Under the pieces are notes generated by a model, which was not told where the DNA came from, searched no databases, and was given only the letters and a program-made list of their open reading frames with translations. DNA of 64,000 bases from Klebsormidium nitens (Eukaryota > Plantae > Klebsormidiophyceae): assembly GCA_000708835.1 (NCBI GenBank), contig DF237414.1, positions 10,281 to 74,280 on the forward strand, in the 5' to 3' direction. The position numbers were made by a program, and so were the translations under genes. Within the stretch, counting starts at the first letter, position 1. Each line of letters starts with the position of its first letter. Shown one piece after another: positions 23,299 through 33,932 of this stretch.

Positions 23299-24177
23299 CT
23301 CGCCTGGCGCTGAAAGTGTATCCAGTTGGTGCGAAGATACCTTCAAAGGCCTGCCTTTCCACCTATATTGCTTTGCCCTCTGGAAGCCTGCTCATTCATC
23401 GCATGCATTTGGACAATCTGTGAGTGTCAAAATGATGATACTAAATCCTTTACTTTTGGTCATGTGTTGCTACGGCTTCATGATTCCCGAGTATTTGACC
23501 GGAGCTCATGTGAGGTTCTGGTTTGTCAACAAACCGCTGACGGGACCTGGCCCCGTGGATCATTCCTTTCAATGCAACTGGAACTAGCTATGGTCACATG
23601 CAACCCTGCTCCAAAAAGGATTGATTTGCGGATTCACACGCAGGCCGTGCAGCTTCCCTGATTGGTTGTCATGATCAGAGATCCCCTGGCAACGAATGCA
23701 ATGTACGTGGACGCTACAAGGAACAGTGACTGATCTTCGAGCACTGAACGCATTGCAAGTTCACAGAAGCACTTGATTGCTCATGAGCTTTGGCTACATA
23801 CGTCGAGCTTCATCGACCCAAGTATAACCATTACCTGAGTTGCATGGAAGTGCATAATCCAAGACACTGGGATTGCAGCCAGAGAAACCTTTTAGCTTCG
23901 GCCTGCACCTTATGTGGTACCTAATGGGGGCCCATCATCAGGTGGTATCACAAAAATCGTTCGGACTCTGTACTGGCGGGTTCTGGCGCGTTATATTAAC
24001 CGTATCTGACAGCTTCGGGAATATCAATGTACTGACTGTCAGAGTGACCCCTCTACTCTAGGAGCTCTACACAGCGCTCCCAAAAGAATTGGATGGTGAA
24101 CTATTGACTTCTATGATTTTACCTAAGTATTGGCGGTCAACTGTTTCGCATAGGTCTTGTACTTTCTATCTAGGGCC

Positions 24178-26395
24178 CTAGCAAACCCCGCCAATTGGGC
24201 AAGAGGTTTCATCGTCCCGAGCATGCCAGAGAAAGTGCGCATAGCTGCCAGTGAAATATGGATTTGTAGGATCAGATGCAATTGCAGCCTTGTAAGCCAC
24301 CTCCGCCCGTTCGTAGTTCCCCAAGCCGAGCCACAAGAAGGAGGCATAGCGGCTCAATGTCTCGCCATCTTCAGGGTCCGCATCCAGAGCTTGCTTGAAG
24401 TATGAATGTGCCCTGGAAAGAGGATAGCAGATTTGAGGCTCCTGTAAGTGTCCAGATGCGTGGACCTTTGTCCTGCACGTAAGCAATGCACTCTGATTCC
24501 ATCGCAGAAGTGCTACCTATCAGTCTGAGAGGATTGTGCTACAGAAATGGTTTGATGAATGCCAAGACAAACGTCCTTGCCTCAGGCCTCAACTTCGTGC
24601 TCTCAACCAGAACATCCATATGCTTGAACACTCCAGCTGATCGTGAGTCCTGCGGATCACTCACCGTTCCTTGTCTTTCCGCACGACGTACATAAACATC
24701 GCCATGTTGCCGAGCAGCAGGGCATTGGAGGGTTCCTTTGCGATGGCGTTCAGGTACTGGAGCTCCGTCCTATCAAAACACGGGTAATTGTCCGGGTCGA
24801 CCTCGACGCTGAGCGGGGCAACTAGCTGCCGGATGACCTCCTGGTCTAGCCTGACATGGTGATAGGGAACCTCGAGTTCCATCTCTTTGGCGGCCTGCTC
24901 TAAGAGGCCTTGCATGTAGAGAGGATCCTGTTTGGGGGAGGTGGATGCTTGGCTGTTGGCACTTTGTCTTGTGCTGCTTGAAGTAGGGGTGGCCTCCTCT
25001 TCTCTAATGACTGCAGTTCGTCGCAGCTGCACTGCCTGGCCAGGACTGCCTTCCTTGCCCTTCTGTGCTATCTTCCTCAGAGGAAATTGGCCGGCACCTC
25101 CGCTCTCAGTTGCAGGCGATTGATAGAGCTGCCTGGTTATTGTAGCCTCAGCCTGAGTTCTACCAGACTCTGAGGCTGCCTCCTGGTGTGCTAGGCCCTT
25201 TACAATTGGAGAGGCGCTGAGGAGATCGAGGACGGCAACTTCCGGAGAGGCCAGACTGCCAGCTGAATGGACCGTGAAGTTTGCCAGCAGGAGCATGACC
25301 GACACCATCAGTACTGGCGTCGCTGAGAACACGGTCTGAAAGAGCCATAGCAGAGAGCTGTGGATCTCCTGTTGCACGATCGTCATCAACTCCTGCACAA
25401 GAAGGTGCATTCTATCAGGAAGTGATAGCAATCTGTAATGGGATGCTTGTGGCTTGTACATATCATCAATATGAGGCAAATCTGTTGGAAAATGGTGTTT
25501 GCAACCATTGCACAACGCCTTCATATCGAAAAGCCTTTGTGCTCAGACTGAAAGGCCAAGCAGATTGAGCTAGAGAAATGAGGAACAATTGATGGGATGG
25601 GATTATCAAAACCATGGCCCCTTCCTTGAGCTGCGAGCCAACACGTAGTCAAATTCATTAAGCACAGTCGTTGCTCGATCTGGCAAGAATTGCATCTGAT
25701 GCTGACTTAGCTTCCACAGAAGTGCTCACTGCAGACAAGTCCAGACAATCACAAGTCCGACAAAAACAAGTTCAGACAATCTTTAGTCCGACAATCACCT
25801 GAATATCGTGCTTCTGTAGGGGTGACAGGTGCTGCCTGAGATGCATCGCATAACTCTGAATGGCCCTCAGCATGAATACCATTGTCGAGAAGGCCGTCGC
25901 AATTGCCCCATATGCTCCCTCCCCGGCCCGCAAGATTTCCCTTTCCAATGCGTTACTCTGCTCCTTGAGTACCTCGCCCTGCCGAGTCACCAACTCGAAA
26001 CTGTTTCCATTTCCCAATCTAGCGTGATCTGACCCCATGAAAGCTGGACTGCCGTTTCTAGCGAGCCGGTTGTGCCCAGCCAGCCCCTTAACACCATCCC
26101 TAGGCCCATCTTGGAATCCTCCAAGAGCAGCTCTCGACTGAAAGCAACGGGGAGCGCAGGAAGCCCTACTGTACTGGGTACCCTCCCCAACCCCAACTAG
26201 ACTAAAGAGCTTTGAAGTCTGCCTTGTCAAGATCTGACCCGAGTACGTTAGGCCAGCGCATGCAGGCATGGGAAGCAGGCGACAAGGCCCAGACAGAGCC
26301 CTGGAAGCTCTCTGAGCTGCCGCCACGGTTTGTTGACTGCACAGACCAAGCCATGAGGAAGAGACGGGCCCGAGGGATGCTTGTGTCACATCCAT
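24178..26395 (-). CDS. Plant-type tetratricopeptide-repeat protein (At2g29670/At1g07280-like), about 519 aa
   Basis: Exons 25799-26395, 24665-25392, 24178-24412 in frame. Conserved blocks LWLFQTVFSATPVLMVSVMLLLANFTVHS, FDRTELQYLNAIAKEPSNALLLGNMAMFMYVVRKD, and TPRs AHSYFKQALDADPEDGETLSRYASFLW...YERAEVAYKAAIASDPTNPYFTGSYAHFLW. Confidence 0.88.
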
Positions 26396-28098
26396 CCCGC
26401 CAAATCCTCCTGCGACAAAGGGACCCCACAGCGCAACCCTACCGCCGACCCCGTTGCCAAAACTTTCTCAAAGGATCCTTCCCGCAAAAGTCCAAGAACC
26501 GCCAATGGAGCCCTTTCTGCAACTCCTACAATCAGTCTATGGAAGGCCTGGGGGCGGCAAGAAAGGCAGGGGCGATGTGTGGCCCCCTCAGAATCTGCTT
26601 TCTGGCTCTTCACCAATTCCGTTCTGACCGCCATTCCTCTCCGGTCATAGAAAGTATCAGCTTTCCCAAGGCGGTAAAGTGAAGGCTTCTCTGCGTATCC
26701 CGCAGAGGATCCGCTTCCGCTGGAAATATCTTGGGCGCAGATCTGTTGGTATCTGCGCTTCGCGCGTGGCTAGCCCGGTTCCCATTTGCCGAATGCAACC
26801 GCCATGCATTACCCCATGTACTTCACTGGAAGGGCCAACTCCCAGCGGGCACCTCGAACCGTCGATTCCAGCAATCGACGGCTGCTGATGACGTTCATCG
26901 AATGTTGGGGCCGCATCACCCCATGGGTAATCTAGGGTTACGTACAACGGGTGCTTAGCCTGAGATTTCGAAGGCTATGCTACTGAACTAAAATTGTCAT
27001 GCAAGCATCGCGGCGGCCATGAGCAATGCTACTACCTACTACCTACTAGGGATGCCTTCTAGCCTTCAGCCTTCTAGGTAGCTAAGTTGGGTTGTACAAT
27101 AACAGTAATGGGCAGCTGATGACTTGGCGTGCACAAAGCAATAGAACGGCATGTTAGCATCCCGTTAGCATATGCTTCTCGAAGACGGTGCATATTATAC
27201 AGAGCCACAAAGTGCGGTAATCTTATATCACATAAAGTGGAGGGCGACTAGACCTAGCTTATGCATGGACGGCAAGCGAAGTCGGACATGGACCCTTCAG
27301 TGATGAGAGTCAAGAATTCGTGAGATGATTTCGAGGTGGTAGGTACTTCGTTTTCATGCTGAGTGCATATTTGACAGCTGGAGAGCATGGATCAATGCAT
27401 GCATTCCCTTTTTTCGAGGTGGTTATATGTCGGAGGGCACTGAATTGAGGAGCGCATATGAGTATTTGGAGGCCCCTCGAGCTGTATCAAATCACATACC
27501 GAAATATAAGCAAAACGATCAGCATTCAATCATTAAACATGGTCGATTGAGCTACTTTAACACCCGGCGTCAGTCAAGCTAGCATCGTACGGATTGCACG
27601 ATCATGCGCATATTGCACATGCAGTGCAGGCTAGCCGGGATCGGAAAGCACAATATACTGCAGCAAGCAGAAGGATTCATGCGAAGAGTGTCTCATAGGG
27701 CACTAGTCAACCTGTAGACACTCGGGCCACTGTATACAACCATTCTTTTCCCATTTTCGAGTTGCCTTATCTTGGGCCAAACAAGGCTAACCGCCCGGAG
27801 CATGCATGATGATATTACTTAAGTCGTTGTCCATACTGATTGTTGAAGGATCGATCTAGGTGACAAATACCCTAAGGCTTCCAACCCCCTTAATCTGTTG
27901 AATCCAAAGTACGACAAGATATGAATCCTGGATTGAAGCAGTGATCGAGGCCCTTACAATCGTTTGAAGCAACCAGATAGCCCTGCGCCGCCAAAGGAAG
28001 CATACACAAATCAAGATTTCGAAGAACGACTACGCAATCATCAAGGACACTGTATGCGCATAAAGCGTCCAGTTCCACCGAATCCTAGACCAACTAGA

Positions 28099-31000
28099 TT
28101 AATTAGGCTCACAGGACTCAAGCAACCGCATCCGCTTTTGCCGCCTCATATTAGCGCCGGCCTGCCTCGCAATATGCGCCACCACCAACCGAACCTGCGG
28201 AAAGGTCACGCTCTCTTCGGGCGGTATCCTCTCCATAACCGCCTTCAACCTTATCTTGTCAAAGCAATCCGCGCTTTTGTCCCCTGCTGACGTCATCCTG
28301 AGCCCATCAAAGCTCCCTCCAGCCCATCTGTCTTCGGAACAGCTTTCGGCGCCCTTAAGGAGCGGCTGGGCAATGCCAGCAAACTGGGAACTTACTCCAC
28401 GACCCCTTTCGCTCGGCGCCCCAGGGTTCCCTCCTACTAAACTTCTATTTAACCCCTCCTCAACCTCGTTTGGCTGCCCGGGGTCCTCTACTAACCCGCT
28501 CTCGCCTAAACCTTGCCCAACCCGATTTTCTACCTCAGCCCCGCCCTCAGTTACTTCTAACTCCGCCTTGACCGCGCGCTCAATCCGCTCCCTAACAGCG
28601 TCGCTAACCCCGAGCCGATGCCAGGCGTACGCGAGCCCCGCCTGGGTTGCTTCAACCAAGTAGCTCTCGACCGTGGTTACCCTTACCCCCTTCTTAACCG
28701 CAATCTCTTCGATCGTTAACCCGTCCAAATGCAACCTGTGAACGTCCATTTTGGACGGCGCAAGGTAAGACGGCTCGGGGACTGCGGGGATCCATGCTTC
28801 CGAGGTGGGTTCTGCCCCCGGGTTAAGCTCTGAGTTAGGCCCCGGGTTAAACCCCGGGTTAACGAGAGAGTTAAGCTCAGACTGGGGAAGTGGCCGGAGG
28901 ATGGGCCGGGGAGGAGGGGCTGGCAGCGACATGAGGACCTGAGCAAAGCGGGCGTTTCAATTGAGACTATGAAAAGGTCAAAGGTAGGTTAGAGGTTAGA
29001 GGTTAGGGATCCCCCGCAACTTGAAGGGACCCCAGAAATGGGCTGCCATTGATGAGCAACTCTTTCTTCACTCTTTCATGTAAGAATGCGCGCTTTTCGT
29101 GTAATGGAAGCCTCGCAGAAAAGCGCTTGGCTGCCGCAACTGAACGTCCGCGCACCACGTTACGTTTTTACAACCAGCGTCGACTTGATCGAATCGCATC
29201 TCGGTCGAGTCTTCGCGAAAAATGTCAACACCGTCCTCCCAAGCAATCGCAGACAGATAAGAGCGAGCCCCTTACCTGGTAGAGGCGAAGTGAAGCATAC
29301 GCGTCGGTGGCCGCATATTGGCGCTGGTCGGGTGAGAGCGGGAGCCTCTCCCAGTCGCTGATGCGCTGCTTGGGCGGCTTCTCGACCTGCGCCGAGAGGG
29401 ATCAACCGGGTCCAGGCAAAGTCGAGCTTGAAGACTTTTACCAACTTGCGCTTTGCGCCTTGTTGGAAAAACTACTTTTCACTTCTCGACTGCTCTCGGT
29501 TGGAAGACTCGGAGCGCAGGCAAATGAGCGGCTTCTCGAGCTGCGCCAGCGGAAATGAACCAGATTCTGACTAGGTCGAGGTTGAGAGAGAGGCATTCCA
29601 AGTTGCGCTCGGTTGGGAAAGCCGGGTAAAGAGCGTGCTTAGACGTCGCGATTGCGTTCGGTGGAAGGAAACCCAAACCTGATGGACCGGCTAACCGAAG
29701 CGCTCTCGGGTGCATCAATCAGGGCGGCTATAATATTTCAAAGACTCCAAAACCAGATTCACGAAAGTTTCAAAATGTTGGTTAGGTTGCAAAGTCCCGC
29801 CCGCTGCGGCATCGCCTAGTCTGCAAGTGCCACAATAAATCTAGAAATCTAGGTTCGCAAACTTCAATCCACTCGAACGCCGAGAAACGCAGACCCGGGC
29901 TTCGGAGCTGTCGGAACCCGTTTGCTGCAGCGTCGCTTCTTGCACCAACGCCACACAAGACCCGTAGGGACTTGCAATCCGCTGAACTCCACACGTCCAA
30001 AAGCCCGGAGCTGTTGGGGAACCCGGGTACCAAACCTTTGGTTAAATCACGAGATTCACGCAACCTTTTTCCCTGCTGCAGCATCAACTCCTGCGCAAGC
30101 GCCGTTAGGCTCCTTTTTTGAGGTGAAGGTCCCGCGAAATCGCAGAAGTCAGCAACTCCAAACCTCTAAGAAAGCGAAAACCGGGTGCGATAACACTGGT
30201 GAGGTTATTGTCACCCACCTGCTGCAGCATCGCCTCTTGCGCGAGCGCCGTAAGGCTCCACTTCCTGGGGCCGTCTTTCGGCTGCAGCCGCTCGTTGGCC
30301 AAGTCGCTCAGGTCCCGCAGGCCCCCCATCGAGACGCCAAAGTCTCGGCGCAGCTTCTGGGCGTCTCCGTAAATGCCGGCGCCAGCCTGCACGGAGTGAA
30401 GAAAAAGCGGAAACCGTCCGAATCGTCTCCCGGTGGAATAAAGAAGTACTGTACACAGAACAACAAAACGGCAGCTCCGTCAACATCAATACAAGTTGCT
30501 TCACGAGATCGATCAAAATGAATAAACTCATCATTTCAGGACTGAGTGAAGCGGAACGCAAAAGAGATTCCTTCAGGTAAGGGGCGGAGTGTTGGGAGTG
30601 TCTAATTCTGTTGTCAGGGGTGGAACTTTCGAAAAGTTTGTTTGACGACTTCTTTTTCCAAGAGGCGGGGCATCGTTAGGAAATACTAGCCGCTTGCCCG
30701 ACCACTTATGCTGCCAACGGACCATTTTCGAAGCAGAACCTGTTTCTCCAAGAAGTTCGACGATAGGGGTGCGAAGGAACAGGCAACAACCAACAGGAGA
30801 ACGAGTCTGAAAGCAGACGTGAAGCTACAAATCCGAACCATCATTGCAACAGTCTGAATCCAACAAGACGACTTGAGCACGGGCGGTAGAGAGCTCCAGG
30901 AGACAGACGGAAGAAGCACGGAAACTCTGGAAGATTCAAGCGACGGACTTCTTTGGGAGTCGCGCAAAAGTTCTAAGCTTCTTTGAGGATGTTGATTGAG

Positions 31001-32805
31001 CAGACCTGTACGCTTTCAGATCCTGCTGAAGTAGGAAAAACACTCGCCAAAACACACTCCCACAACGGATTGAAAGAGTGCAACAAGGGAACGCAGGAAA
31101 GTCTGAACGAGGGCTGCGATCTCACCTTCCCAACGCTTTGCTCGTCAAGCAAGGCCCGCAGGGATGACGTCAGCCCAGAATGCGCGATGTGGAAGAGGTA
31201 GCAGCAGGCCCCGCTGGGGCACAGCTGGATCAGCGCAGCCTTCTGAGGGGTCTCGCCTGGAAGAAAGACAAGATGGAACCCTGATTATAAACCACAAAAC
31301 ATAAAACAGTTTTATAATCAGGGTTCTGCCCTTTCAAGTTGGAATACGCAGAGGCTTTGGAGCGTTATGCTGAATTGCTACACAAAGATGACGCTGAAGA
31401 AAGACGGAACCTCTCACTTCGCTTCAGCAACTGCAGGCTCAACGGACAACCACCAATAAATAATGTCGACAAGAAGTGATCACAAGAGGAGGGGCCTGGT
31501 TTTGATCATAATTCAGGTCTCGTAACCATCTTCACTGGCCTTTCCACAATCCTGGCAGACAGCAAACCTGCTTGTTTACCGATATTCTTGTGCGGCCCAG
31601 AGGTTTAGTAAAGTTTCGTGCCCTTAGTGGAGCCATCTTGGCTGTAAGACAGACCACTTTCTGCCAAGTCTCTTGACTCAATCAAACGTCTTGTCACCCC
31701 CTTTCCAGGTGGCCAAACCCCTTTTTGTTGTAGAGCCAGTGTGCTTTGACAGCAGAAACTCCTCACCTCTCCTGAACGTCACCTTCCACTCAATGTCGAA
31801 CCCCAGGCACGCATCGCCCCCCCTCAAGTCCTCCAGCAACGTCCGAGCGGAGCATTCCACTTCCTGGGGACTGACCGCATACACAATCCTTCCCCCGAAC
31901 CGCATGATCGGTAGCGTGCACTCCTGGGGGGGCCCCGCCGTCCTTGCTGATGTCAGCCAGGCGGGCAGCTGGCGGACGCTGAGACCATCGTCCTGGCCGC
32001 ACTTTGGAAGGGTTTGGTCTCCGATGGTTTTCGGAAGATCTGGAAGTGAATCGGGATCTGGGCAGATTTGGGGAAGAGGCTGGGCACTTGAATTGCTCTC
32101 AGGGACTGGCGCTGCTATTCCAGAGGAATTGATTGCAGCAACAGGGCGGGGCACTGTGAATGCACTTGCCGCCAATGGCGTCGCTCCACTCTTGGGCCCG
32201 TCTCGCCGCCCAGACGAGGCAAGGCCGACCGGCTCTTGCGATGCATCACCCAGTCCACCTCCCGTCCATTTCTGTACTTGTGCCACGCCAACTGTTGCAC
32301 AATCCTTGCCAGTTTTCACATAGCCTTCCTCAGCTGTCGCACGGTTCTCGGCGGCCGTCACACAGCGCTCGCCAGCTGTCGCACCCATAGCGCCAGCTGT
32401 CGCGTGATCAGGCCAGAAGCCAGGGAAGCCCCGTTGGGAGGGCACCCACTCTGAGAGCGACATCGCTTCAGGCCACTCGTGCTGACTTGACCCCAAAGAG
32501 TGGTCCGCTACACCACCGCTGCGCGGAGCTTCGGTTGCCTGAAAGCTTGTCCCACTAGCAGTATTCCTGGAATCAGATGTCTCTCCTGTTTGCAAATCTT
32601 TCCCTTGTGCTTCAAGCTTACTCCTCTCTGGAGTTTTGACTGGTTCCAGGCGGGACGGTTGGCAAACAGCCTTTGCGTTGTCAAAGTGAGATTTGACCAC
32701 CCCATTGCGCCGATGAGCATCACGTTGCTGGACGGCAGCAGCCATGGCCTGTTCCAGTGCCGCCCACTCCTTGTCATCGACCCACTCAATCTCAGAGAGG
32801 TCCAT
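28099..32805 (-). CDS. WEX: Werner syndrome-like 3'-5' exonuclease (DEDDy) with a C-terminal HTH domain, about 762 aa
   Basis: Exons 31767-32805, 31126-31256, 30219-30386, 29276-29386, 28099-28938 in frame. ExoI CLGFDIEWKV, ALIQLC, ExoII GIYGDAQKLRRDF, WSLTALA, ExoIII ISDWERLPLSPDQRQYAATDAYASLRLY. C-terminal GLTIEEIAVKKGVRVTTVESYL...IRLKAVMERIP...FPQVRLVVAH resembles the RecQ/WRN C-terminal HTH (HTH_40). Confidence 0.9.
29500..30115 (-). repeat. Minus-strand exon echoes in WEX intron 3
   Basis: Copies of the exon 3 3' end (real donor at 30219) at 30073-30113 and 29923-29952. Copy of the exon 4 5' end GCGCAG|CTCGAGAAGCCGC at 29540 versus GCGCAG|GTCGAGAAGCCGC at 29386. Confidence 0.8.
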
Positions 32806-33932
32806 TCAAAGTCTTACAGGGGGTTCAGCGGTCACCGCTTCCTTTGCAAAGCAGGTCTTTGACTACATGATGTGACTGTGTTTCCAATTTGATGTACAGG
32901 GGGAGTGATAATCTGCAAGCGGGCCCTTACTCCTGCATAGACGGAGTTTGTATCAAGTAGCCGCCATTCGAAGTTAGCAGTAAAGCTTCTGAAAGGGTGT
33001 GCCACCTACAGCGCTGGTCGTATCCAGGTGATCGGGTTTACCTCCCCAACGCTCAATCTCTGCGAAATGCAAACCATGGAACACACAGTCTCTTCTGTGT
33101 TGCAGCAGCGTTAATCCTGCGAGCGGACCCTCAAATCAGCTTCAGCAGCTTTCAGTTTCGTAGATAGGAAAGGAACGGAGATTCTCCCCGTTGTTCATGT
33201 GCAGCAATGCAACATGTCATCGCAGCTTCAGCCTACAGCCTAACATTAAAAGGCTACAGCTACCTACCACTGCTCGTCTTCCAATTCATGGCAAAAGTTG
33301 GACATTTGTCATGATTTGAACCGCAGAGCGGCAAAACCCGTTTCGTGCGGCGTGCCGTTCTTCGAGTTGTGACCATACCAAGCCTTGGGCAAACCCTATT
33401 TTGAGCACCCTCACGCCTACGGCCGGATACCGGTTCCCAAAACCGGCTAGCTCGATCACGAGAGAAACTGTTTCTGTGTGCATGCTTTGCAATTGCATGG
33501 GGATCCCCCAAATGGGACCCCAAATGGGCGTAGACGAACATCCTGGCAAAAAGAATCATGGAGAGGATGAAGGGGCGTCCATCACAAAAATTTAAAGTCC
33601 TAAGCTAGGTTACAGTTTGAGATGTTGCAATAGTCGCAACGCGCAGGTGTTGTTTCAGGCGAGGAATGGATCAGCTCCATAAGGACTTCCAGCAGGTCAT
33701 ATGCAGCATGCAGTACAGCTTGATATTCGGCCCTCTCAATGAAGGATCTTTTACTGCTGATTTGGTTTTTGGAAGAAGTGCTGCACAGGAACAGAGAGCG
33801 GTTGCTGCCTCGCCCTGCTTAGTAAGCAGTGGAGGGGCATCGAGTGGCAGCCGTCTTGTGTGGGCCAGCTCTGAGAGGGTGCCAGTCTGAGCACTGCAGG
33901 TGCAGAGGGTCAGCTTGCGGAAGCGGTCAGCA

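Noticed and set aside
26950-27890. Intergenic block rich in short palindromes (GCATGC, CATATG, CTAG) that might be a decayed TE
   Set aside because: No TIR pair, TSD, LTR or second copy found in the window.
28984-29008. Telomere-like GGTTAGAGGTTAGAGGTTAGGG
   Set aside because: Only three imperfect units inside a WEX intron; too short to call an interstitial telomere.
33666-33890. 74-aa ATG ORF just upstream of the methyltransferase start
   Set aside because: No recognisable motif or conservation evidence; may be intronic or UTR sequence, and cannot be supported as a functional uORF.
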